Assembly (NCBI RefSeq): GCF_006345805.1
Contig: NC_043012.1
Coordinates: forward strand, 23,002,001 to 23,066,000
Source: Octopus sinensis
Lineage: Eukaryota
Length of the DNA: 64,000 nucleotides
Reading direction: 5' to 3'
Position 1 is the stretch's first letter. Each line of letters starts with the position of its first letter. Of the stretch, positions 38,100 through 50,991 are shown in pieces. The position numbers were made by a program, and so were the translations under genes. Under the pieces are notes generated by a model. That model ran no database searches. It was given only the letters and a program-made list of their open reading frames with translations, and was not told the DNA's origin.

Positions 38100-38330
38100 T
38101 CGAGTGAGGTCATTGCCAGTACTGCCTGACTGGCCCCCATGCCGGTGGCACGTAAAAAGCACCCACTACACTCTCAGAGTGGTTGGCATTAGGAAGGGCA
38201 TCCAGCTGTAGAAACTCTGCCAGATCAAGATTGAAGCCTGGTGCAGCCATCTGGTTCGCCAGCCCTCAGTCAAAATCGTGCAACCTATGCTAGCATGGAA
38301 AGCAGACGTTAAATGATGATGATGATGATG
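38100..38330 (+). mobile_element. RTE LINE 3' end (family C)
   Basis: GCCGGTGGCACGTAAAAAGCACCCACTAC..TTAAATGATGATGATG. Confidence 0.9.
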
Positions 38331-38590
38331 AGTTGGATTCATAGAGGTGCATTGTGTTCTTGAGCAAGAGACTTTATTTCTCATTGCTGCAGTCCACTCA
38401 GCTGGCAAAAATTACTTGCACCTAAAATTCAAAAGGGCCAGCCTTGTCACAAAATGCGACACACTGAGAACTATGTTAAGGTTGCATGTGTCTGAGAAGC
38501 ACTCAGCCAGCTGCACGCTAACTTTACAAACAAGCTTATCTGGTGATTGAATCAACTGAAACACTTGTCATAGTAACTGGTGGAGAGCCA
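38331..38590 (+). mobile_element. SINE family E (tail variant 2)
   Basis: Homologous to 10288-10597. Confidence 0.78.
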
Positions 38591-40045
38591 GATCTGACAG
38601 CTGCCTGCAGAGATTATTGGTAAGTAATCATCACCATTGTTTTAATGTTCATTCTATAATGCTTGCATGGGCCAAACAGCAGATTTTCAACAGCTGGATA
38701 CTCTTCCTGCTGCCAACCCTCACAGTCAGACATGAATGACTGGAAATATAATGACTCTCATTTACAACCATCACATGATGTCAAGACAAAAAAGGCTGCA
38801 CTCACAAACGCAACATATCTACATATATACACACATACATATACATATAAGTACAAAATTACAGTGTGAGAGCCGAATACAGATTTATTATTTCCATATG
38901 ATTACAGTTGTTCCATAATCCTTTTCATGTACTATTAATAATTTCAACACCTAAAATCATATATGTACATGTTTACACCAATGCACTTACTCAGCATTAT
39001 ATAATACAAGTGCATATTCACATACAGGTGCACAGTAGAGTAAATTATTCATCTCATCAAATACCAGAATAGTTTATGTTTTTAAACACAGTACTTCCAT
39101 AAGAGATACAGTCTTTCAATGAATACCAGAGTTAATTTGCTTTTCCCCAATGTATTTACATTAAGTATGATACACAGATGGCTATTTTAATCTAGTACTG
39201 CTTCTGTTGTGTATAATGAGTCATAGTTTATTTTGGTGGTAGAGTTAACTCATCCCTTGATTCAACAACACCATTTAGCACCTTGGGTACTCATAGAGAA
39301 ATCTCTATTGTTGCAAGCTTTTGAGTTAGGTTTCTGGTTTGAGAATACTTTCATTCTTTTCTTCCACCAGTACTGGAAGCTGAGTAAAGAATCATAGACA
39401 CTTCTCTTCCTTCTTGATTGAAAGCAGTAAAAATGAAAGGTGCTCCTTTAGTAAAACCAAAATTTGAGAAATAACATGATTATAATGGAATGTCTTGCTT
39501 TATAAAATATTTCCTTTATACACCTTAGGTCATGCTGAGAATTTCTAAAAAGAAGGAAATAGTACAATACCTTACCTAAGACTATAAATTTTAAAACCTT
39601 CATTATGATTAAGCAAAAAAAGATGGAAAAAAATGAAAGAAAGAAAGAAAGAAAGAAGAAAGAAATGCATCTTTCTCCTTATTTCCAAATTTCAATACAA
39701 ATATCAATCCTGCCAAATATTATGAAGAAATGATTATACCTCTTGTACCAAATGACTACAAGAGATTTCTATGTATATGATCAAGTGTTTTCTAGAAAAT
39801 AAATTTAATTTTTATGACAATGATATATTCAAATTAATACCTAATTTTATTTAGTTTGTACAATGAGGCCCACATGGGTTGTTTTGAACATCAGATATTC
39901 AAGGTGTGTTATTTCTTATTTTAGTGGCTCATTTAACCCCTGACCCAGCAAAGACAAGTTAACTTGTTTTTCACCCAATTTGTCTTTTTCAAAGTGTGAT
40001 GAGTAAACCCATCCAAAACAACTACAGACGAGTTTATATGTCAAT

Positions 40046-40162
40046 TCTGGTGCAGCCTCCTGGCTTCCCAGACCCCGGTTGAACCGTCCAACCCATGCCA
40101 GCATGAAAAATGGACATTAAATGATGATGATGATGTGATGATGATGATGATGATGATGATGA
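40046..40162 (+). mobile_element. RTE 3' terminal fragment with (GAT)n tail
   Basis: CTGGTGCAGCCTCCTGGCTTCCCAGACCCC..TAAATGATGATG. Confidence 0.88.
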
Positions 40163-40271
40163 ATATAATTGGTAAACTCCTCCCTCAAGTTGCTGGCCAT
40201 GTACCTAAATTACAAATTATTCTTCATAGAGAAAATAAGATGAAATAAAATGTTAAGCTAGAATCACCATC

Positions 40272-40632
40272 TTCATCATTATAATGTTCACTTTTCCATG
40301 GTTGCATGGTTTAGTTTGAATTTGTTGAGGTGGATTTTTTATGGCTGGATGCCTTTCCTGTTGCCAGCCTTCAACTGTTCTGTTTCCAAGTAAGGCAAGC
40401 AAGATAACATTTCCGCATGAACAGACATGCTTTTATAGGATATTGGAGATGAAGGACACCACTTATATAACAGTGACACTCATTAACAACAGTCATAGAT
40501 GTGAAGGCAAGGAGGCAGTAACATGCACACACATATACAACAGGCTACTATACAGTTTCTGTCTGCTAAATCCACTCAAAAGGCTTTGGTCAGCCTGGCA
40601 CCAAAGGAGAGGACACTTGTCAAACATGCTAC
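40272..40632 (-). mobile_element. SINE family F
   Basis: Homologous to 4008-4420. Confidence 0.72.
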
Positions 40633-41887
40633 ACAGGAAATATGCATGAAATATTTATATAAGTGCAACATGAGTGTTAGGTGTAATTTAGAACATAATT
40701 CAAATTTTAAAATATATGTTATGACATACTAAGAGAGGGCGCCAAACAAGAACAACAACAACAACAAGGCTACCAGACTAATAACTCTGGAAAAAAAAAA
40801 TGTAAAACTTAATTATTTGACTTCTACTCCAAAGTTAACAACCACATCTATCTGGTCGGTAATTAATTCTCCCCCACCCATTCACAAATCGACCCACCTC
40901 TAAATCAAAGAAAGAAAAATAGAAAACAGAAAACATTTCTAAAGATTTGAAAGGTAAAAAAAAAAAAAAAAAAAACCGAGACAGAGAGTTTGAGGTAGAG
41001 AAGAAAAAAAAAAAGTGAGAGAGTGATAGACAGACTTACAGACAAACAAAAAAGCTTTTTGTTTGTAGCTAAGTAATGTAAATTATTTCTGTTTGTATTT
41101 TTAAATTTCATCTCAAGGTTAATTCTGGTCTACTTACTTACATAGTGCTTTTATAAATCTACTTGCCTAGAAAAAAAAGTATGAGAAAAATAATGAAAAT
41201 ATTCTTTTAAAACATGCTCTAAAAACCGTAAAAACATTGAGAGAGAGAGAGAAAGGGTAAGAGAGTGAGAGAGAGAAAGATAAATGAGTCTAAATCTATT
41301 CCATAATGTTTAAAGCCCCATGTCTCAATTAGTTCCGGCAAAGATGAGCTTAAAAAGAAATCTTTTATCTCTATACAAATCATAAAAGTGAGCCAAGACT
41401 ACAAAGAAAAGAAATAAATAAAAATTAAAAGAGAGAGGGAAAAATAAAACCAGAAACTAACTCAAAAACAAAAAAAAAGGAAAAATAAGTAAAGGAAAAA
41501 TAGTTAAGAAAATAATAAAAAGGAACAAAACACACACATTATCATAAGTAAATAATAGCAAATTTGTAATTTGGTCTGTATAATTTTGAAAAATGTGTGA
41601 AAGTGAAATGAGTAGAAGGATTTTTCAAGAGATAAATTGGCCAGTTGCCAGTCAGAAAGGTGTTAAAATGGTGTTTGCTTACTTACTAAAGTAAGCTAAA
41701 GAAACTAATATTTCTTATGATTGCTAAAAGCAACAGATGAGGTACTTAAAGAAGATGGTGATGAGGGTAAAAAGACTAAAAGAAGAAAATTATAAATATA
41801 AATGAATGAAGAGTTGAATTCCAGAATGAAAAAACAAAAAAAGAACCAATAACAACAACAAATAAAAAAAACATACAGCTAATTTCA

Positions 41888-41901
41888 GTTTCCATGGCAA
41901 C
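41888..41901. promoter_or_regulatory. RFX X-box motif GTTTCCATGGCAAC
   Basis: Perfect match to the canonical X-box, in unique sequence. Confidence 0.5.
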
Positions 41902-42923
41902 AAATTCATGGCTCCACCCCATTACAATGCTAATCAGCCAACAGTCTTGATTTTTTTTTACTTTGTAATTTTCATTCAATTTCAATTTTGATAAGGTAAC
42001 TTTATCCCTCTATTATTTATAAGGTTCTGTTTATCTGTATTAGTGAGGAGATAGTGACTGCTGATGGAGAGAGAGAGAGAGAGAGAAAGAGATTGATTCC
42101 TACAGTTCAAGACAAGATCAGTGTTGCTTTAACTTTTGTGGCAGTCACACCTGACTAAGCTGAGATTAGCAAACATAACTTATGCCTCTGCATACTGGTT
42201 TTATAAATAATAAACAAAAACAACATAAATAAATAAATATATACATTCTAACACAATTATATGTTAATAACCACACAAACAAATGCCTCCACAAGTATGT
42301 ACACAGCTGTTGATATTAGCATCATATAATAACCTCACAGACAATGATAGTACCGAGAAATGTTACTGATATCAAACCTCACATATAATCAGTTGGTATA
42401 AAATATTCCCAAATCAGCTCTTGGCTATTTTTTCTAAAGGAACCAAAAATAAACAAGACATCAGTGATGAAAAAAGAAAAATAAATGAAACAAATTAAAG
42501 ATTGCACCATAAACTATTTCTTTAGGGAGTTAAAGCATAAAAAAAGGGACAAAACAAATAAAATAAAAGCAATTCAAACCAAGAAACATCACCCACCACC
42601 TTTAAAACACATACATACATAAACATGTGTACAGAAATATACTAATATATAAATGTAGACACTCATTCATGTATAGCTGTCTGCACACATATATAGGTGT
42701 ATATGCACACACACACACATGCACTCACACACACACACACATACACACACACATATACATAGATAGATATGTAACAGTTTTTTCTGCCAGCATCTATTTA
42801 GTATTTATGATGGATTGTTGAGAAAATATGGCCGTCTTTAGTTAATTCATCACATGTTTGTCTTTATGGTACAGTTGGTTTGCTTAGGTTTTAGTTAGTG
42901 ATTTCAGTTAGTTGTATTATACT

Positions 42924-42957
<34 letters not shown>

Positions 42958-43004
42958 TGTATGAATATAAATTATACTATTCCACAGATATGCTTCTGTA
43001 TGTA

Positions 43005-43043
<39 letters not shown>

Positions 43044-43107
43044 CATATGCATATGTATATATATATATATATGTATGCATATGTGTATATATATATATAT
43101 GCATATG

Positions 43108-43147
<40 letters not shown>

Positions 43148-43992
43148 TATATTATATTATATTACATATATATATATAAATAAAATATATATATATTATA
43201 TATACACATACAAATATATATACATACATATGCACACACACACACACATATATATAATAGTAATTTTTACTGATGTATGTACGCACACACATACAAGATA
43301 TACAATATTTATTTACATTAGTTTTTTAATTGTTGCTTCTTGGTTACATGAATTTATTTTATTTTTGGTAATCTTCCATCATTTTCTATTGTTTTTGGGG
43401 GTTTTTTTTTCTCCTGTTTCTCTTCTCTGCAGTAAAATGTGTTCTATTTTCATTTTGTTTATTTGTTTATTCCCTCCCCCACCCTCACACACTTGCAACC
43501 ACCTCTTCTTTTCTTTCTTTCTCTCTCTCTCTCCTCTCTCTCCCTTTCTTTCTTTCCGTCTCTCTTTTTCTTCCTCTGCTTCTTTCTCTCTCACTGTGTG
43601 TGAGTTTGTGTTTATGTGTCTGTATACATTATTACTTGCCTTCGTTTATTTCCTCTCTCTCTCTCCCTCTTTCCTTCTTCTTCATAGCTATTTCTTTGTA
43701 TTTCTGGAATTAATTCATTTTTGCTGATCGCCATTGTTCAACAGTAAGAAACAATAAGATGTATGTCCATCTGTACATGCTGCAGTGCACTGACCAGCCA
43801 TGCATGGGATTAACCAAGTAGTGTGAAGGGGGGACGGAGAGTTGGAGAGGGTGGCTGGGGCATGGGTGGAGAGGCAGGAGTCATTAGACAACAAAAGGGA
43901 AGAAGCAGGGGGTGGGGGAGAAATATAATAATTTTTATAGAGAATGAGAGAAAGCAGCCGGCAGTAGTTGAGACAGTGGTGGCGGCGGTGGT

Positions 43993-44103
43993 GAAGAAGA
44001 AGAAGAAGAAGAAGAAGAAGAAGAAGAAGAAGAAGAAGAAGAAGAAGAAGAAGAAGAAGGAGAAGAAGAAGAAGAAGAAGAGGAAGAAGAAGAAGAGGAA
44101 GAA
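43993..44103. repeat. (GAA)n microsatellite
   Basis: Direct reading; homopurine tract. Confidence 0.95.
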
Positions 44104-44250
44104 AGAGATGGAAAGAGGAAAAGATGGGGAGAAAGAAATGTGAAAAAGAAGGAATCATGAAAGAAGGAGAGAATTAGTAAGGAAGCAGGGTACAGAGATT
44201 GAAGGAACTGTGTGTATGTATGTATGCAAGTGTGTGTGTATGCATGTATG

Positions 44251-44400
<150 letters not shown>

Positions 44401-44856
44401 CACACACACACATATATATATATATATGTATGTAAGTACATACATAAAGTTTCAGTATAATTGTTGTGAGATTTAACCGAGAGAGAGATAGCAGGAGATA
44501 AAAAGAGGAAGGGATTGAATGAGAGACCTGGACAAGTAACCTGAAGGGGGTGGTTTAATGGTGTAGCATGTAATGGAGGAAGGATGGAGTGGGGGGGGGG
44601 CACTGCTACTAGTGCTGTAGTGGATATGTAACATTAATGAATACCATTAACCGAGGCAAAAAGGAGCAGCTATAAGAAGAAGACTATATAGTAAAACAAT
44701 GAAAGTGATAGGTTTTTCTGTATAGGTGGACCATTTAGTATTGTTTAGTATTGTTATGGAAATAAGGTTTGCATTTTTTTTTTTACTTCAGCTGGATAGA
44801 GAAGAAAAAAAAGATATTTCTTCAATGTTGGGACTAATTGTAGCTGCGTAAACGTG

Positions 44857-45250
44857 TGAAGGGGCTGTGTGATAAGAAGTTTACTTTCCAACTACATGGG
44901 TCTAGGTTCAGTCCCACTGAGTGGCACCATGAGTAAGTGTCTTCTACAAAAAAAACCTTGGGCCAAGCAAAGCCTTGTCAGTGGATGATGTAGCAGATGG
45001 AAACTGAAAGAAGCTTGCTGTGTGTATATATATGTGTGTGTGTCTCTTTGTGCATGACTTTGTTTGCCACCATCAACAACTGACAGCCAGCGTTGATGTG
45101 ATTATGTCCCCGTAACTTAGTGGCTCAGCAAAAGAGACCGATAGAATAAATACCAGATTTGAAGAAAAATAAGTGCTGGGCTCAAATTGTTTGACAAAAA
45201 CCTTTCAAAGTGGTGCCCCAGCATGGCCACAGTCTGATGACCAAGAAACA
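44857..45250 (+). mobile_element. SINE family B, diverged
   Basis: GGCTGTGTGATAAGAAG head through CAGCATGGCCACAGTC tail. Confidence 0.85.
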
Positions 45251-45289
45251 CTATTCAATACCATCTCCTCCCTCTCTCGCTTCACATAT

Positions 45290-45720
45290 ATATCACCATT
45301 ATATAAGTGAGGTTGTTCATATCCAGTTTTCCATGAGAAATATTATCTGGCCTGGAAACATTTAAAGGTTGGTGACAGGAAGGGCATCCAGCTATAGAAA
45401 TTCTGCTTCAACAAGTTCTGGCTGACCCATGCAAGCATATCATCATCATCATCATCATCATTTAATGTTTGCTTTCCATGCTAGCATGGGTTGGACGATT
45501 TTGACTGAGGGCTGGCGAACCAGATGGTTGCACCAGTCTCCAATCTTGATTTGGCAGAGTTTCTACAGCTGGATGCCCTTCCTAATGCCAACCACTCCGC
45601 GAGTGTATTGGGTGCTTTTTACGTGCCACCGGCACGGGGGCCAGTCAGGTGGTACTGGTAACAGCCTCGCTCGAATCCTTTTACACATGCCACCAGCACA
45701 GGTGAATATTAAATGATGAT
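45290..45720. mobile_element. Family F tail (plus) interrupted by an RTE 3' end (45440-45705, minus)
   Basis: The plus-strand tail ..GACCCATGCAAGCAT resumes as ATTAAATGATGAT after the minus-strand insert. Confidence 0.7.
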
Positions 45721-45800
45721 CGATCGATCGATCGTTTGATCTATCCATCCATCCATCCATGTTTGTTTTTACGTTTTGTTATAGTTTCATAGAGAACAAG

Positions 45801-45924
45801 TTTATTGTTCTTAAACAAAAATCTTGATACTAGTGTCTTCAAAGTTTTGGCCACTCCAACGATGGCATAATTGGCCAAAACTTTGAAGTCACTCTCAACA
45901 ACATTCTTGTTTAAGAATAATAAA
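45801..45924. repeat. 124-bp foldback hairpin (53-bp arms), possible tiny MITE
   Basis: Arms 45801-45853 and 45872-45924; inner 17 bp CTTCAAAGTTTTGGCCA perfect; about 8 mismatches overall. Confidence 0.85.
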
Positions 45925-46588
45925 TCTATCTATCTATATAGCTATATATCTATATCTATATACATAAATTATATATCTGTGTAAGTATACACACATACAA
46001 ACACACACACTATCTGTGCCTCCCCGCTACCCTGTACTTCAAGTAGCATGAAACAAAATGTTTAAGGAACTTTAAAAATCTATTACCTTTATCTGCTGGA
46101 TTTTTATATCTAATAATGAAAATTTGTATTTTCTTTTTATCTATTTTCAGTTTTAGTGAATAAATATTTCATATTACACAGGAAAAAAAAAAGTTGATGA
46201 GATCCAATGATAATAAAAAATGTTGATATTTCAAAGTCCTTCAATTTTACATTTTTGATAAAAGTAAAAATTCTGGGATTTTTACAGATACAACTGATTA
46301 AAATTCAGATTAAATTTGTCTTGATTTGAAAATTATTTATGATAGATGGAATTAATTCTCCTTACTTTCCTACATCTATGCCATATCTGGGTCTTTGGGA
46401 TTTCATGATCCCATGAAAATAATTCTACAACAAAAGACCTGGTTGATATGAAATGAATTATATTTTTAAATATTTGCATTCTCCTATTGTGTTGAATTTC
46501 TGCTTGTTTTGACATTGTTTTACATACTTGCTTTGTTTTTTTACTATCTCTCTCTTAATTTTGAGTATTGTTAAGTATCTTTCTTTCT

Positions 46589-46602
46589 GTTACCATGGTA
46601 AT
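46589..46602. promoter_or_regulatory. RFX X-box-like motif GTTACCATGGTAAT
   Basis: Consensus match in unique sequence. Confidence 0.4.
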
Positions 46603-46643
46603 TGGAAAGTTCAGCAAATACATACACACATAGATATATATAC

Positions 46644-46690
<47 letters not shown>

Positions 46691-47053
46691 TATATACATA
46701 TATATATATAAATGTACATATATGTTTTATATATGTATATATATATATATTATATATATATATATATATATGCATGTATATATTATCTATCTATATGTAT
46801 GTCTGTGTACACACACATATATCTTGTAATAAATGCTATATCATAGTAAATTAGAACCCTGAGATAATGGAAAAGCAAAACATATCTAGGAAGATTTCCA
46901 TATGTATAAAAAGTTGGCAAATGAAAGAGAATTTTAATGAAATTATAATATAATGACTAAAATTAAACATATATATTTAAAATAATAACAAATGTGATAG
47001 ATCCAACTGAAATACTTCCCTCCATATTGTAAAGTGCATTACACCACTTTTCC

Positions 47054-47067
47054 ATTACCATGGCGAC
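47054..47067. promoter_or_regulatory. RFX X-box-like motif (reverse complement GTCGCCATGGTAAT)
   Basis: Consensus match in unique sequence, about 465 bp from the 46589 site. Confidence 0.4.
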
Positions 47068-47310
47068 AAAAATATATCTTACATGGTTTGGACGAAAAAG
47101 GCATTTGATATAGACACAAACACACACACAGATAGATACTTAGATAAATATACAAATACATTTAAACGTACATGTGTGTGGCAGACAAACATTCTACCAC
47201 TGAACCACTTCCACTTGTTATGTATGGATGTATGTATATACACACGTGTGTGTTTAAAGAGAGATGGTGAAAGTTGGTAGACATAGGTATATTCAACTAT
47301 ATATATATAT

Positions 47311-48318
47311 CATCATCATCATCATCATTTAACGTCCGCTTTCCATGCTAGCATGGGTTGGACGGTTCAACTGGGGTCTGGGGAGCCCGAAGGCTGCACC
47401 AGGCCAGTCAGATCTGGCAGTGTTTCTACAGCTGGATGCCCTTCCTAACGCCAACCACTCCGAGAGTGTAGTGGGTGATTTTATTGTGCCACCGACACAG
47501 GTCCAGACGAGGCTGGCGAACGGCCACGCTCGGATGGTGTTTTTTATGTGCCACCGACACAGTGCCAGACGAAGCTGGCGAACGGCCACGCTCGATGGTG
47601 TTTTTATGTGCCACCGACACAGGTGCCAGACAGGGCTAGCAGACGACCACGCTCGGATGGTGTTTTTATGTGCCACTGACACAGGTGCCAGACGAGGCTG
47701 GCGAACGGCCACACTCAGATGCTGTTTTTATGTGCCACCGACACAGGTGCCAGACAAGGCTAGCAGACGACCACGCTCGGATGGTGTTTTTTATGTGCCA
47801 CCGACACAGGTGCCAGACGAGGCTGGCGAACGGCCACGCTCGGATGGTGTTTTTATGTGCCACCGACACAGGTGCCAGACAAGGCTAGCAGACAACCACG
47901 CTCGGATGGTGTTTTTTATGTGCCACCGACACAGGAGCCAGATTAGGCTGGCGATCGGCCACGATTGGATGGTGATTGTTACGTGCCCACAGCATGGAGG
48001 CCAGTCAGTGCGGTACTGGCTACGGCCACGTTCGGATGGTTTTCTTGTGTGCCACCGGCACTGGTACCACAAAGATACAAATTCCATTGATGTTCATCTA
48101 TTTTGATTTTGTTTGATTTTCACTTGCCTCAACAGGTCTTCACAAGTGTCACAAGAAGGAAGGTATGCACAGGTGGACTGACTACGTCCCAGGTAGGGGC
48201 CACGGGTTATGGCCTGACTAATCTTGCCGGGTCTTCTCACGCACAGCATACTTCCATAGGTCTCGGTCTCTAGTCATTTCCTTGGTGAGACCTAAAGTTC
48301 GTAGGTCGTGCTTCACCT
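47311..48318 (-). mobile_element. 5'-truncated young RTE LINE with expanded 3'UTR tandem array
   Basis: Last ORF2 codons VKHDLRTLGLTKEMTRDRDLWKYAVREKTRQD* (48316 to 48218), then the 3'UTR and (GAT)n tail. TA runs on both flanks. Confidence 0.93.
47484..48066 (-). repeat. Tandem array of about 9.5 units of ~62 bp with higher-order A-A-B-A-B-A-B-C-D structure
   Basis: Unit ATGTGCCACCGACACAGGTGCCAGAC[GAGGCTGGCGAACGG or AAGGCTAGCAGACGA]CCACGCTCGGATGGTGTTTTT. Confidence 0.93.
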
Positions 48319-48329
48319 ATATATATATA

Positions 48330-48555
48330 GGCGAGATGGCAGACACGTTAGTGTGCCGGGCGAAATGCTTAGCGGTATTTCGTCTGTCGTTACGTTATGA
48401 GTTCAAATACCGCTGAGGTTGACTTTGCCTTTCATCCTTTCGGGGTCGATAAATTAAGTACCAGTTATGCACTGGGGTCGATATAATCGACTTAATCCGT
48501 TTGTCTATCCTTGTTTGTCCCCTCTGTGTATAGCCCCTTGTGGGTAGTAAAGTAA
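48330..48555 (+). mobile_element. SINE family A (A1)
   Basis: Homologous to 954-1184. Confidence 0.9.
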
Positions 48556-49641
48556 TATATATATATACACATGTATTTGTGGTTTAACGCTTATGAGCAT
48601 TCCACTTGAAGCACTGCTTTAAACATGCTCTAAGAACAACAACCATATCCTTGGCTAATGGTAACTAAAGTGTTAGTTTAGATTTAGAAAGGAAAGTTCT
48701 AGAACTATACACTCCCTCAATGAATCGATATTATGATAAATGCTAAAAATTTTTATCATTTTTATTAATTTATTTCTACTTTTCCTTGTTGTTTGGTATT
48801 TTTAAAATTTTTTTTATTTTCTATTTTATTTCATTTTATATATATTTTTTTGTGTTAGAAGTGAAATGAATCTATTAATTTGTGAGCATCTTCATTCCTG
48901 ATGCCAGCCTCCAATCATTGACCCACAGTTTGAGAGTCACTGAGTCAATAAAGTTTCTATACCTTCAAAGTCTGAGAGGCAGAACTAAGAGGTGAAGAAG
49001 TGGTCGAGACGAACAAGAAAAACTGTCAGTTTCTCCTTGTCTGATATATGGCTACTTTCATGCTTTACAAGCAAATAATTTTTTTTGAAAGGGACCTCAT
49101 TATTATTGTTATTATTATTATTATTATTATTATTGTTGTTGTTGGTGTTGGTATTGTTATTTTTTTATGTTTTGATTTAGTTTTGTTTAAGGGATTCTTT
49201 TGTTCAGTGACAAAGTTTCCTCAGCTTTGATGATTCTAAAGAATTTTTTGCATTTATTTTAAGTATTCTATTTTTTCATCTATTTTTATTTATTAATTTT
49301 TTGTTTAGTCCCACCCACTTTTTTTTTTTCTCATTCCAAACTGTTTTATCACATAAATTACAGAGTCGAATATTATTATTTCTTTGACAACCATCTGAAG
49401 AGATTATAAAAAATATGATAAAGAAAAAAAAAATGAGAAAAAAAAAACAACTTTCAGTAAAAGAATAAGCCATGAATCTTAGAAGCTAAGGATGATATTT
49501 TGCATATTTAGTGAATGGTAGCAACTTTGGTATAGCATGTCATGCATAGCATATTGCAGGTTGTAAATTATTTCAGATTTCAGATTCTAAATTTACTAAG
49601 CATAATACTAAACTTAATAAGCTGTTTGGCAGCATTTGACA

Positions 49642-49680
<39 letters not shown>

Positions 49681-49960
49681 TGCACAAATATATATAAATA
49701 TACACACATATATAAATATATATGTATGTATACAAATTTATATATACATATATAAATATATACATATATATACACACATATATAAATACATATGTATACA
49801 AATTTATTTATATATATATATATAAATACATACATATATATACATACATATATGTATACACATACATATATATATATATAAATACATATATATATAAATA
49901 CATACATATATATATAAATACATATATATAATATATATATATAAATAAATACATACATAT

Positions 49961-50027
<67 letters not shown>

Positions 50028-50667
50028 ATATATATATATAAATACATATATATATATAAATGTGTGTGTATATACAAACACATGTGATGCACAAAAAAAT
50101 GCATAAAAAATGTACCAAAATATTTTTGCATGTGTTTGTGGGGAAACAACTGGTGAAAAAAATGTGCCATAGATTATGTCATCTGTTGTTTTTTTGGTTT
50201 TCTTTTTCTTTTTATAATAACTGCTTTATCTGGACTGAGATGTCATAAGTTTAAAGGATGATTTGTTACCCAAGCCTTTCAGATTTTCCACTCTTCTGTC
50301 ACAGATGATGCAACCCAAGAAGAATTTGAAAGAAGAAATAATGTCTCCAAGGTTTAAACAGCAACAATATAGAAGTGAATCTTCAGCTAGGATTTGAACC
50401 TATATCATAAATTTCTTAGCTTGCCAAGAGAAATCGATTACTTCTAATTTGTATAGCATTTTTCTGTGATACTGAAATGCTGATTTCTTTCATCTAAGAA
50501 ACAGACTGTCTTTTTTTTTATGGTGAAAGAAAGAAAGAAAAATGTATGGTGAGTTCAGTAAGCGCCAAAAAGAGAATCCCAGATGGAAGAAATGTAGAGA
50601 TAGCAGCATATGTCTGCAATGGGACATCTGCACATTTAGTATATCATTAAGACTGTTTTACTTTTAG

Positions 50668-50950
50668 GTCCAAGGTATATAATGGTTAGAGTGTCATATT
50701 CATGATCGCAAGGTCAGGTCTTAATTACTAGAGCAGGTGGAGTGTTGTGTTCTGGAGCAAAATACTTTATCTCATATTTGCTCTGTGATCACTTCAACAC
50801 CTGTTGTATGTTATGCCGTGTGCACCTGTTCAGACAACATCGATTTGATAGAGAAAATTAGGTAATGTGCAGCATGAACATTTGATCACTCTAAACAATT
50901 CATTTGTGCAGGTTGTTTGGCAAAAACCTTAACACTCTTTGACAGAGAGA
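50668..50950 (+). mobile_element. SINE family E-like, old
   Basis: AATGGTTAGAGTGTCA head, GTTGTGTTCTGGAGCAAAATACTTTATCTC core. Confidence 0.6.
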
Positions 50951-50991
50951 CCATCATGTGTGTATGTGTGTGTGCACGCGCGCACGCACAT

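Noticed and set aside
43715-44158. Poly-K and poly-L ORFs
   Set aside because: They are products of the (GAA)n tract.
47484-48066. CRISPR-like repeat-spacer appearance
   Set aside because: The variable segments recur (A four times, B three times) and are mutually similar, the array lies in a LINE 3'UTR, and there are no cas genes in this eukaryotic context.
47345-48106. 253-aa plus-strand ORF
   Set aside because: It is antisense to the LINE and made of out-of-phase translations of the tandem unit, with no domain.
48962-49040. Possible next minus-strand exon (donor GAAG|GTATAG)
   Set aside because: The phase-compatible frame hits a stop and the acceptors lack a polypyrimidine tract.
50304-50351. 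Short plus-strand exon-like segment DDATQEEFERRNNVSK (similarly 41737-41766 and 62412-62560)
   Set aside because: Donors are weak or the segment is non-coding, and cannot be distinguished from chance splice-like motifs in AT-rich DNA.
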